NCBI GenBank assembly: GCA_013115145.1
Contig: JAAPAO010000227.1
Coordinates: forward strand, 1-49,942
Direction of reading: 5' to 3'
Length of the DNA: 49,942 nt
Source of the DNA: Perkinsus chesapeaki ATCC PRA-425
Lineage: Eukaryota; Protista; Perkinsozoa
Shown one piece after another: positions 23,808-36,700 of this stretch. The position numbers and the translations under genes were made by a program. Within the stretch, counting starts at the first letter, position 1; each line of letters begins with the position of its first letter. Under the pieces are notes generated by a model. The model saw only the letters and a list, made by a program, of their open reading frames with translations. It ran no database searches and was not told the DNA's origin.

Positions 23808-23991
23808 ACGCTACAGTAAGAAGCTGAAAACTCCGGTTCGAAACGAGAGGGACTATACAACTCAATAGGTGCCATGAATACAATACGAGAAATTATGAAA
23901 TTAACGCGTCTTAGTGGTGACGCTTACATCGGAAGCGTACAGCATCATCGAAGCGATATCAGAGTGCTGGTGGTTCAATTAAATAAAGCTA

Positions 23992-24797
23992 CTATACGTT
24001 GCTGGTTGACGGCGGTAGGGTAGCACCTCTAGTATCGATAAACCCGATTACAAAATTGGTTATGGCTAGAAGTAATAGAATAATACCAATGATAAGATAG
24101 CTCCATGATGTGACACCATCCTGAGCACCTCCTGTCACATAGAGGAGTCCTATGTATAGGTAGCACAGTCCTCGGCCAATGAGGGTACCGAGGAAGGGAG
24201 CCCAATGCAGGATAAGCTCAGATAGGGACCATTTAGGGGCAGCTTCTACAGCGAGAAGAACTAGACCAAATATGATATAAAATATTGATAGCATGTACGA
24301 CAATGGGCTCAATACCTGAAACAACGACGAGGTCGAAATCCAGGAGAAGCAACCTAAACTGATCTAAAGATTTGCACACCACACTGAACGTGAGCATCCT
24401 GTTAAGATGAAGGAATCCACTTACCGCATTGAAGACACTGAAGAATCCAAAGAAGCCTATGAGGACAACTAAGAATGCTCCAATGATTCCGGAAATCTTC
24501 AAGATAGGGTTAGAGTCACCTATAACATCACTCCACGCCGTACGTGCCTGAAACAAGAGGGACCTGGTGTGACGCCGAATACGAGGCTCCGGACACCATC
24601 AGACCTCAAGAGTCTTCGGAAATAGTACATTTCTAAACATGCCCATTTTCAGGTGGAAAACAGATATGTGAACTCAACTTCGATTTTTGAACAATCGGAG
24701 AGTTTTCCGTCCTACTGGTGCCACCGTTTCCTCCACCCCAGCTCACCTTATCCTTGAAAGAGGCCCCACCAGCTGCGTTACCGTTAGAATTCTCCAT
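23992..24797 (-). CDS. COPI-associated (TVP15-like) protein, paralogue 2 (3 exons)
   Basis: MENSNGNAAGGASFKDK|ARTAWSD..FSVFNA|VLSPLSY..FLGTLIGRGLCYLYIG. Confidence 0.85.
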
Positions 24798-25135
24798 ATG
24801 TAGATTCAACTTTAAAGAGGTTTGTACCACTTACTTTTGTCTCGACTGTGACATGCGTACCCAATAAGGGCACGCCATTGCAATCGATTGTATTTGGTTG
24901 TGTTTCCGTCCGTAGGGTATCGCAGAGTCTTCTAGCTTCGCACTACACCTTCGTTGTTGCTTTCTGGTGAATTACTATCGAGCTGCTCTGGAGCTTGCGT
25001 GGAGGGTAAAGCATGAAATTAGTGTTAGTCGGGACTGTGTACATGCGTGCAGTTGTGTGGGTTGCCGCCGTCTTCCTTTGAAAGCATTTATCTTGTCAGT
25101 ATCTGAGTTTAAAAGTTAAATCTTAATCTATAACA

Positions 25136-25691
25136 ATGGCCGCTGTTACTAGTACTCCCGGCATGAAACCCAATCTCACTTGGAAAGAGAAAGTAACACC
25201 ATGTTCATGTTCACGAATCTTCATCTCTTTTTCAGATCTCTCATGCATGGTCGGATACAACGAACGGCAGTAACGCTCTCATCCGTATCCTTGGTGCACT
25301 CGCTGCTATCGCGACGTTCGTCGCCGGTTTGCTGAGCATGTTTAATTTCTTCAACATGGTCACCAATCCTCTATCCTACATACTCGGTGTGTTCTTTATG
25401 ATATTCGGCCTTGTCCTCACCTTTATTGAGCTCTTCCCCGGTGCGAAGCTCTCCAAGGTCGTTTTCTCTCAAGCCAAGTTCCTTAGTCACCTTCTTGGAC
25501 GTGGGTCCTTCTATCTTTATCTGGGTCTCCTGTTCACCTGTGGTGGTGTCCAACATGGCTTCACCTCTATCGTAGGCTTTGTTGTTGGTATTTATCTCAT
25601 CGCAGTTGCTGTTATTTACTTCATTTGGGGCTTCACTCATCGTAAGGAAGTTTCTATGACTGAGCCTCTTAATGGCGCTACGAATGTATAA
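25136..25691 (+). CDS. COPI-associated (TVP15-like) protein, paralogue 3 (2 exons)
   Basis: MAAVTSTPGMKPNLTWKEK|ISHAWSD..NPLSYILGVF..FLSHLLGRGSFYLYLG. Confidence 0.87.
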
Positions 25692-26274
25692 GCTTCGTTA
25701 CTATATCTCCTTATTCCTTCCAGACACTCATCAGTATTGTCCCTATTTTGTACGAGAACAACAGGATGTAGCCGATGATGTTAGTTTACTGTTGTTAAAC
25801 AGTGGATGACTGGTCCTCAGTGATGAAAGGCCGAGGCAATAGCCAGTTTATTGAAAACGTTCTCTCGAGGGTTACCATATAAGGTTTTGTGTTTGTTAAA
25901 TACTTGTTCAAAAAAGAGGAGCGGTGTCGTGAGTTCATAGGTTTAGTTCGATAGAAGTGGATAGTTGATATTGTCTTGATATTCAATTTTAATCGACTTG
26001 CCCAACAAACGCGAACGCACTGTAGATGGCTCGCTGCTTCAATGGGAAAAAGAGGAAATGCGTATGTTGCATCTTACCAGCTTGGTCTTCCACGGTCGGT
26101 GTTGTGAACAAGGATCCATCGTGGTTTTGTGACAGGACATTGTGTCGTTGTGGAATAATATCGCACTTGAACTAGCGTATCCCCGGCTTGCTTAGTCGCT
26201 GGTATGAACAATGTTCACTAATAACTGTTTGAAATGCTACATTTAAGCTATTTTAATTTTTACCATTTTTAATC

Positions 26275-26854
26275 ATGACCGCTGTTACAGAGACTCCTGA
26301 AGACGATACCAAACTTAACCTCACCTTCAAAGAAAAGGTAAAGCTGCCATGCCATCAGTTATTATCCCAACTTTTCTGTGCAGGTGTGTAGCTCCTTCGT
26401 GGATCCAACTCCTCACAGCAATACCTTCACCCGTGTGGTGGGCATTGTTGCTGCCATAACAGCTTTCGTTGCAGCTATATTCGCTTTCGTATTCTCGATT
26501 GTATCAGCTTCTCACGTTCCTCTTTACCGTACTCCTATCAACTACTGTGTGATCGTTTTCCTTATCCTTACAAGTGCCCTTATGCTCGTCCTTGAGATAT
26601 TCCCCGGTTCTGGAGCATCTAAAAACATCATCGAAGACGCCAACTTCCTCGGAGATTTTTTCGGCCGGGGATGGCTCTACCTCTCACTCGGTCTCTTCTA
26701 TCTTTGCAGTGGACACGTCATTTGTATTATCGTTGGTATATACCTTCTCGTGGTTGGTGTGATTTTTGTTACTTTGGGAGCTATTCAACACGAGCAAGCT
26801 AGACATGCAGATGAAGACGCCGTTCACAGGAAGTCGGCGGTTATCGATGTATAG
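26275..26854 (+). CDS. COPI-associated (TVP15-like) protein, paralogue 4 (2 exons)
   Basis: MTAVTETPEDDTKLNLTFKEK|VCSSFVD..FLGDFFGRGWLYLSLG. Confidence 0.83.
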
Positions 26855-27230
26855 AGCGAGAATAATGCCCAGTGGTGATTGTGATGTATACGTTCGTTTT
26901 CAGCTTACTCCTCTTATTATTAGCTGTTAATGTGGCAACAACAATATGGTTTTCTAGCCACGAATGCTTGTAGTTGTCATATACTTTGCCTGGGGGATAT
27001 AAAGTGAAACGTTGGTCTCGCGAGATTCGCCAGTTCAACGGGTATAAACTTGCATGGCATCTTGGGTGGTGTAAAAGATATTTGCTGTTAAAAACAACTG
27101 CTACCAAAGTGTGTGACCAGACAACATCGCTTTATCCCTATGCAACTTTCACGGGAACTAACAGCGTTATTCCCTATGAAAGCGGATCAAGAATAATAAT
27201 ATCAGACTAATATTATCAGTATAGTAGCCT

Positions 27231-30200
27231 ATGTCGTCGCAAGTTTCACCGATACGGGATACTAGCGAAACGAACGAGCAACAACAGACTGCTTCCAAGG
27301 AGAAGCAGAAGGCTCCGTTGGTTCCGTTATTGTCATTATTTCGATTCACCTCATTTACTGAGAAACTCCTTCTAGGTAACTGCGACCAGCGGTCTCGGGA
27401 CGCACTTGCTGTCGTAGGTCTGGCGATTTTGTGCTCTATCGGCCATGGCATCGCAATGCCACTTTTTGCGTTTGTATTCGGTGACATCGTGGGTGAGTGG
27501 TCTGTCTATAATGATGAGCTTATTAGCTTCGTTCAGACACTGTAGGAGATCCAAACGATCCGGACATCATGGATGTTATTGTTAAGCAAAGTCTATGGAT
27601 GGTAAGCCGTGCTGCGCTGTTGCGAATCAATGAACCCAAATCTTCAAAGTCATCACAGACCTCCGCCCACAAGGCTCTCGCGGTTGAGGCTCTGGTGTCT
27701 CTTAGTCAAGTCCTTTCAACACGTCCGTAGCTTAAGTCCAACCGTTTTGCATATGGCGGCCATACTGTGGCCGCGTGCGCATATCTGAACGTTGCCCTCC
27801 TTCTCGCTCCTGTTGAATGAGCGTTCAGGGATATATTGGTATCGGTACCACGGTAGTGGGAGGCATCTGGCATGGTATCCTGACGTATCTTGCTGCTAGC
27901 CAAGCTAACAAGATGAGAGTAGCATATCTTGAGGCCGGTAGGTTAGACTTATACAACTCATAATCATAATGATCATCGTGCCGCTATTAGTCCTATCGTC
28001 TGACATTCGATACTTTGATGAGATATCACCTGCTGAGTTGCCAACAAGAATGACGGAAGATGTTGCGAAGGTGGGAAAGTGGCTTTATATTGGTAAATAG
28101 ACACTTAATCAATGTGTTCCTCAATTACAGTACGTAGGGTCGATGCGACCCTCGGTGCTGCTGAAACTCATGTCAACTCACAGTCAATGAAATTTGCTCT
28201 ATCACAATGGGTCGGTTCTGTCCAATGAAAAGATTCAAATTAGGCCCAGTTCCAAGTATCGCGCCCCATTTGTTGGGGAAGCAGCAGCAGCTCCTCCTCC
28301 TTGAAGAGCTCCTCAGGATTGGTATGTACGCTCCGCGTCTAGGTACAAGATGCTATAGGGTTCAAGATTGGGATGTGCCTTATGAACCTATCAATGTTTG
28401 TATTTGGCTTCGGCTTCGGTTTCTACCGGGGATGGAAGGTAAGCTGTGAAGCATCTTACATGTGCCGTTGCAATATATTACGGTAGATAACATTGGTCAT
28501 GTTGGCAGCCATGCCGGTTATCATAGCAACATCCGCATTGCTCGGCATTGTTATGGCGAGGGGAGTAGTGGAGACTCAGTCCTGGTATGCTAGAGCCGGT
28601 GCCGTTGCCGAAGAGGTAGGGAGCCCCCTAACCCTCATAGATCGACTGCTGTTATGAGCAGGTGTTGAGCTCTATACGAACTGTGACGATGTTTGGTACC
28701 CAGCAGCGGGAAAATGACCGCTACCGAGACTGCCTTACAGAGGCGAAGAAAGGTGAATCGGCTGAAGGCCGCCTGACTTATTGGTGCTCTTCAGGTGGCA
28801 TCAAAGCTGGTATGCAGAATGGCTTCGGAGTTGGCCTTGCATTCTGCTCCATGTACTGCACTTACGCACTTACGTTCTGGTAAGGCAAGGCTAGTGCCCA
28901 CCGGTACTACCGCATTCATAGGTATGGAGGGACTCTTGTAGAAGACGGTGAGACCAACGACTACACTGGAAATCCTTATAACGGTGGTGACGTTCTTGCT
29001 GTGTTCTTCTCTGTTATTATGGGTAAGACTACTAGTACTAGTCCTGTTCATCCCCACTCTGTTACTGTTGAACACTTCGTGCCTCCTTCAGCCACCTTTG
29101 GTCTAGGCCAAGCCATGCCACCAATTCAAACCTTTCAAGCCGGGAGGGCATCCGCCTATGCTATACATAAGCTCATTGATGATAATACCGCAAAGATTGA
29201 GACACGAATGAAACCTTCTGGAGGTTGGCTCGATTACAGATGCTGCGCTTCAGTTGACTATGGTTGTGATGACAGGTTCTTCGGCATCAGTTACCCATGA
29301 TGAACAACTGAAGCTGGAGTCACTTGCCCTGGATAGTGTTACCTTCAGCTACCCTACTCGACCAGAGGTTACTGTTCTTAAGGAAGTCTCACTGATTATC
29401 AAGCCGGGTACGAAGGTCGCTATAGTGGGAGAGAGCGGCTCTGGCAAGAGTAAGATAGCATCAGTTGCATTGTGGTGATGTGAGTGTCGAGGTACGGTGA
29501 TATCTTTATTGGAGAGGTTCTATGATCCAACCTCGGGAAGAGTACTGGTGAATGGCGAAGATGTGAAGGACTTGCCCGGTGGGGCACTGGCTCTGAGGAA
29601 GCTGTTTGGGTGACTACTGAGGTGTAGAGTAGAGGAGAGGTGATCCGGTGCAGATACGTTGGCCAGGAGCCTGTGCTCTTTGCTGCGAGTGTAAGAGACA
29701 ATCTCACGTATGGTCTGGATTACACTCCCACGGATGAAGAGATAAAGTCAGCATGCAAGAGAGCTAATGTAGGGTTTATGATATCCTTGAATATAATATT
29801 GTTATTATTGTTGTTGTTTTAAAAGGTACATTCATTTATATCATCCTTACCAGATGGTTATAATACATATTGTGGAAGTTCTAGTGGTGGTGGTAGTCAA
29901 ATATCTGGTGGACAAAAACAACGTGTAGCAATAGCAAGAGCATTATTAAGAAATCCACAAGTAATTATTATAATATAGTATTATTGATAATTATCATTAT
30001 TTGAGATATTATTGCTGGATGAGGCAACATCTGCTTTGGATAATGAAAGTGAAAAGCTAGTACAAGGCACCCTAGATGAGTAGTAGCTGCCGCATTCTCG
30101 GACACTGCCACCGTGGCTAAGGCTTCATGATCAGATTACAGGACTCCACCAACCTCACTACAATCTCCATAGCCCATCGGCTCTCCACGGTTAGGAACTC

Positions 30201-33200
30201 AGACGTTATATTTGTTATGCATGAAGGTAGACTGGTAGAGCAAGGAAAGCACGAGGAGCTTATCAGTAAGGAGGACCGATAAGCCCAGTTGTAGTTGATC
30301 GGCTCCGTAGACCGTCCAGCTGGGGTCTACCGTAGCTTAGTGTCATCTCAAGAAGCGGCGGCTTCGATGTCCAGCCCAACCACTGAGGGCAGGTAAGGTG
30401 AGAGGACCTTGCTAAGGCAGCAGTGTCGTGTTAAGGGAAACTGAGAAGGCTCCAAGCACTCCTAGTGAAAGCGAAGTTGACGCCGAGATCACCGTAGCTG
30501 TCGAGCCTTACGAGAGTGAGGAGGCTAAAGAAAAGAAACGCATTGCAGCCGTTGCCAAGGCGTACAAGGTGGGCCTTCTCTTGGCCGCTATGCCTTAGTA
30601 CACCTAGTGTAGGTCCCATGGAGGAGACTGTTCGCCATCAACAAACCTGAGTGTGGTTACTTCATACCAGCTATGATTGGATCTGCTATGTTTGGCACTG
30701 TTATGCCCATGGAAGGCTTCTTATTGGCTAGGGCCATGAAAGCCTTCTATGACCCCGACCCGACTAAGCTTATGGAGGGTGTCCAATGGGCTGCTATAGG
30801 GTACCTCTTATCCGAGGCCTTCCCTCTCATCAAGTGCCTCAGGTATACATTGGTCGCTTTTGGAGCCCTTTTTGGTGCAGCACTGCAATTCTCTTACTTC
30901 GCTGTTATCGGGGAGAACCTTACAATGCGAATTCGTCAGCTTATCTTTGCCAAGTTCTTGAAGCAGGTAAAGCTCCCGAAGCTTAAACGGCAGCACCATC
31001 GAGGTCGTTCATATGTTTCAGGATATCGCTTATTTCGATGATCCCGATCATTCCACAGGCAAGCTCACGTCATCTCTGTCATCCTATGCACTTAAGATGA
31101 ACAGCATTACGGGGATACAACTAGGTGGGAGTGTCCTGCAGTCAGGGGATCAACTTCACGGTGTCATCGTCAGGTGTCTTCTGCCAGTTTGCTGCATCTA
31201 TCATATCGGGGTTGATTATAGCTTTCAGTGCTGACGTTAAACTATCACTTGTGATGATGGCATGCTTACCAGCTATGGCTGGAGCTGGTAGGTTTATCTC
31301 TTCGGGAATGGCAGCAGCTCTGTATATAAAGTGTACGGGCTGGAACGGTTATATTCTACTATATATTCAAACCTTCACTACATTGCTGGCCACCATGGGC
31401 CTACCTGCATAGGCTCACCTTTTCACGACTATGATTCGAGGAGCTCCAAGGGAGAGGAATATTGCCAGTCTGTCGCGGCTAGCTGCTGTCTGACAGTGGA
31501 TCCCTACTGTTTTCAGGAGCCATACAGATGGCGGTGATGATGGGAGTTGACAACGCCTCGGAGAAGGGTGGTGCGAGGCAAGCCGCACAATTGGCATCGG
31601 AAGCTATCCAGAACATGAAGACTGTTAGAGCGTTGATCGCTGAGCAGGCGACGCGCGACACGTAAACATCGCCGTAGTGGCGTCTACGCAAAGACTATTT
31701 TGGATAGATACCAGGAGTTATTGAGCAAATCATTTGGAGCTCAGAAAAAGGCATCCTCGATCTCCGGCTTCTGGTTCGGTGCCTCTAATGGCTTGATGTT
31801 TGGTGGTATGGCTCTGGGCTTCTGGTAAGGCTATGATCACCTGTCGCATACAAAACAGATGATGCATGAAGTCACTATAAAAAGTTCACTGACTTAAATT
31901 TTGATCCAGCCCCCCCACTGAAATAAGTTGGTTGAGCTCGGTCTTATTTGTGTCAGCGGGACATGATCCTTAGCATTTGATTCCTCATGTATCAGGTATG
32001 GTGGTAAACTAATTATTGAAGAAGGTTTGCCCTTTGATAAGATGATACAGTCTCTTATGGGAGTCTTCCTTTGTGCCATGGCTGCTGGACAGGTGAACCA
32101 GCCGCGCCGTGGGACCATTTTACAACCTCTGAGTCGATTTCAGTCGATGGCCTTCCTTGGGGACGTAGATGCTGCCAAGGCAGCGGCTCACGATGTTTTT
32201 GAGCTGTTGGACTCCGAGGTCTCTATCACATCAGCACCCTCTACGAAGTCGAACAATGTCAGTGAAGGTGTTTTTACGCTCTGGGACTTCTTCATTCAGG
32301 GCTTTAACGAAGGCGTGCGGATCAAATTCGACGGCGTCTCATTCAGCTACCCGCATCGTAAAGGAGTTAAGGTATCATCGTCGCTGTACAGTGAAACATA
32401 GCGTATCGCTGCCCAAAAGGTTTTGGATGGTCTGACGTTCGAGGTCGAGCCGGGGCAGACCGTAGCCCTTGTTGGACCGAGTGGCGGAGGAAAATCAACA
32501 GTCTTTGCCCTACTGCAGAGATTCTATGATCCCAACGAAGGCCAGGTCCGGTTTCATGCGAGCGGTTCCTCCCTTATCTCTCAGTCTAGGTGTACGTGGG
32601 GTCGTCTGGCACTAAGCTGACCGAGACGGAGCTTGACAAATGGAGAGGGACGATAGGCTTTGTTTCCCAAGAACCCGTCCTATTTGACTTGTCTCTTGAA
32701 GAGAATGTTCGCTACGGGTGGGTTGGACTACCTAAGCTTTTCCGCCGTCATTAGCTCGTTTATCCGCTCACTTTGTACCGCTTACTGCTCAGCGCCCCTC
32801 CAGTGAGCACTGACGAGCTTCATGAAGTATGTAGTCGTGCTGGAATGGATGACTTTGCGGGGACCAAGGTTGCTTGGAATGCCCAGCTGGGCCCTAGAGG
32901 AGGACTACTCTCAGGGGGCCAGAAGCAAAGGGTGGCTATTGCTCGAGCACTAATAAGACACCCTAAGTAACAGCGAGGCTCGTACTCATGCCCATCACGA
33001 ATGCTTCCTCTCCCTTCAGATTGGTGATGCTAGATGAAGCTACCTCGGCCTTGGACTCCGCATCGGAGGCGATTGTCCAGAAAGCGATCGACAATTTCGT
33101 GACTGCTCGGTCAGATGCAAACGGTGAACATGTTATGGCTGCACACTTGGCATGGGTTCCTGCCAGATAAGCCCACCACACTTATAATCGCCCATCGGCT

Positions 33201-33330
33201 ATCGACGGTCCAGAATGCTGATAAGATACTCGTGCTCTCTGGTGGGAAGCTTGTTGAAAGTGGCACTCACAATGAGCTGATGTCGAAGCAAAGCGTGTAT
33301 CATGGTCTATATACGAAGGGAACATTGTGA
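27231..33330 (+). CDS. ABCB1: Full-length ABCB/MDR (P-glycoprotein-like) transporter A, TMD-NBD-TMD-NBD, many short introns
   Basis: [75 protein letters not shown]. The junctions checked stay in frame. Confidence 0.95.
29735..30050 (+). repeat. AT-rich homogenised NBD1 tract, copy A
   Basis: The 135-nt exon 29826-29960 is identical to 35952-36086 and 43438-43572, and the flanking introns are homologous. Confidence 0.9.
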
Positions 33331-33784
33331 AAATGGGCAATTGGGAAGTTGACTAAGTGCCAGAGTTTTTTAACGTGTCATGTATTCCACGTACAGTGTA
33401 TGTTACTGCAGCTTTGACTTTGTGGCGATCCGAGTTGATCAATTTTATTGAACTGTCAACGTGGGCTGCTGCCTTGTAATCGATATGCGTTTCGGGTATA
33501 AATCACATGATAACTGTATGCTCTTCCTCTCGAAAGAGGCGCAAGGGGTCCTATCCTCCTAGTGGTGCAGGTTCCTAAAATAGCGCCGCTATGAGGCCAT
33601 ACGACCGTTTGGATTGGGAAACCGATGAAACGGTCGCATTTCTCTACCAGCTAGCGTGGCGGGATTGAAGCACCCCTGGTTGCGTCAGCACAGTGTGTAC
33701 GCACAGCGCGGGTCGATGAGCCGGCACGGAATCTGTCGGATGCCAGATTCATACTCTACCTCCTTAGGCCATTGCATTATCCTA

Positions 33785-36700
33785 ATGAACGGTGAATCAT
33801 CAGCTACAATATCTACTGTGGGAACTGACGACGTTGTCGCAGAGACCTCATCTCGACCAGCTACCTCTCCTACTAACAAGAAGAAGAAGATTGTTTCTTA
33901 CTTCAAGCTTTTTCGGTTTGCAACTGGTCCGCAATTAGGTGCAGTCAGTAAGCACAACGCGTTCGGGTGTATTACTCTGTAGTTTGTCTCCCTTAGTTGT
34001 TGCGGTGTTGGCCGCGGCGCTGCACGGTTTGGCGATGCCCATGTTCGCTTACATCTTCGGTGATCTCGTTGGTGGGTTATAAATGAATAACCCTCCTGAG
34101 TCTTTATGTTCATTCAGACGTCCTCGGTAACCCTCAAGGTACCGAATTCATGGATGAGATTTCCAAGAGATGTCTCTATCTCGTAAGTTTCGTGACCTCT
34201 CCACCGTGATTTCTATCGTTTAGGTTTATGTTGGCCTTGGGGCGTTGGTTATGGCTGGCATTTGGCACGGTCTCCTAACGTTTACAGCCCAGAGACAAGC
34301 AACTACTATGCGCAGGGCTTATTTTGAAGCCGGTAGCTCATCGTCAAGTTAATTTGGTCATTGTACATATGTCTATCAGTTCTCTCCCATGACGTTGCTT
34401 GGTTCGATACGATATCTCCGGCCGAGCTGCCTACTAGAATGACGGAGGACGTTGCTAAAGTATCATGGAAGCTGCCAATCTCGTGGATCGTTGATGCCCT
34501 TGTTCAGGTCCAGAACGCCATAGGGTTCAAATTAGGTGTCTTCACTATGAATTTTTCAATGTTCATTTTCGGCTATGTATTAGGATTTATAAGAGGCTGG
34601 AAGGTCAGCTTGGAATTAGGGGAAGTTTGGTAGCTAAATCCATTAGGTTTGTCTCGTAGCCATTGCAGCCATGCCAGTAGTAATCGCCGCATCGGCGATA
34701 CTCGGTCACGCTATGGCGCAGTCTGCTAATGAATCGCAAACGTGGTATGCTAGGGCTGGCGCAGTTGCCGAAGAGGTGATCTGGAGAAGTTAAATAGTGC
34801 TTATGTTGGTGACAGGTCCTTAGCTCAATTCGTACAGTAACTATGATGGGTACGCAAAAACGTGAAGTTGAAAGATATGGCAAATCCTTGGAGGAAGCTC
34901 GTAAAGGTAACCTTTTATTTGGAAAGATATTCTATATTATGTGAGTAGGTGGAACCAGATTGGGTTGCCAAGCTGGACTTGGTCTTGGTCTTACTTTCGG
35001 TGCCATTTACGGTTCCTATGCCCTCACTTTTTGGTAAGCTAATAACACGGCGTGACCTGAGCATGCACCTTCCTCCTCAGGTATGGTGGCACATTGGTGC
35101 GTGATGGTGTTTTCAATGACTTTACCGATAAGCCCTACAATGGTGGTGATGTTCTCACCATCTTCTTCTCCTTGATCATGGGTCAGTCCTTTGCTGCTCT
35201 TTATCAGCATTACCCGTCTTTCTCCTAGGCACATTCGGACTGGGTCAAGCCCTCGCGCCTATGCAAGCTTTTCATATCGGCCGCTCGTCAGCAACAGATA
35301 TCCAGGCACTCATCGACGATAAGAGCAGCGTGGTGGAGCCTCCTATGCCCCCGAGGAGCTCGGATGGTGATTGGCCCTTCTATAGCCCATCTGCATTCGT
35401 CCTTTGCAGGCTCGCTCGTGATGCCTTACTCGATCCCAAAGATGCAGACCATGACTCTGAAAAATGTGTGCTTCACTTATCCCTCCCGACCGGACGTCCA
35501 AGTTCTCAAGAATGTCTCACTGCAAATCGAAATTGGCAAGAAAGTTGCCTTTGTTGGAGAGAGTGGATCTGGGAAAAGTGAGATGTGACGATGTCTACTT
35601 ATCCCTATTAGTCTTTCAGGCACTATCGTCGGGTTGCTAGAGAGGTTTTATGACCCTACAACCGGCACAGTGCTTTTAAACGGTGAGGATATTAGAGAGT
35701 TAGATGGCAGTCCACAGTGTATCCGTTCCATATTTGGGTGAGGTTGTTCATTGGTGGTCGAGAGAGCATAGACATTACTATTAGGTACGTTGGACAGGAA
35801 CCTATCCTTTTTGCAGCCTCCATTAAGGAAAATCTGTCTTATGGTCTGCCGTACACACCCACTGATGAAGAGATAAAGTCAGCATGCAAGAGAGCTAATG
35901 TAGGGTTTTGTGATATCCTTAAATATAATATTGTTATTATTGTTTTATAAGGTACATTCATTTATATCATCCTTACCAGATGGTTATAATACATATTGTG
36001 GAAGTTCTAGTGGTGGTGGTAGTCAAATATCTGGTGGACAAAAACAACGTGTAGCAATAGCAAGAGCATTATTAAGAAATCCACAAGTAATTATTATAAT
36101 ATACTATTATTAATAATTATTATTATTAAAGATATTATTACTGGATGAGGCAACATCTGCTCTCGATAATGAGAGTGAACTTATGGTACAGGAGACTATT
36201 GACAGGTAGATTTTATTCCGCTCCCCGCGCGATAAGTATCGGTTCCTCCCTTATCTTCCAGCCTCCAGCGTTCATCTCAATTGACAACCATCTCAATCGC
36301 ACATCGCCTTTCCACTATCCGCAACTCTGATGTGATCTTTGTCATGCAATCCGGATGCCTGATGGAGCAGGGCTCTCATGATGAGCTTATCGGTACGAAC
36401 GTGCTTGCTGTGGAGGAGGAGGCCTTGATGCTACATTTGTTTGATCAGCGAATCCTAAGGGTGTGTACAGCACACTGGTAGCTGCTCAGCATGCTGCTGC
36501 CACTAAAGGAAATAACAGGAGTGCTCGCCCTAGTCTCGTTCGTCAAGAGTAAGTGGGCACAGGTTCGATTCTCGGTGAAAACATTATTTTGTTCAGTTCC
36601 AATGCCAGCTCAAGCGCAGCGAGCCAATGTAGATGGTCTTTATTGATTAACCTAGGGAGCTAAGTTATTTCAGCCAATGGTGAGACAGCTATGGTCGTTG

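Noticed and set aside
27376-27417. Read-through insertion [13 protein letters not shown] in transporter A
   Set aside because: Best explained as a 42-nt in-frame GT-AG intron at the position where B and C also have an intron.
36562-36573. GGTTCGATTCTC, a tRNA T-loop/B-box-like motif
   Set aside because: It lies inside a short intron (about 49 nt) with no cloverleaf or A-box.
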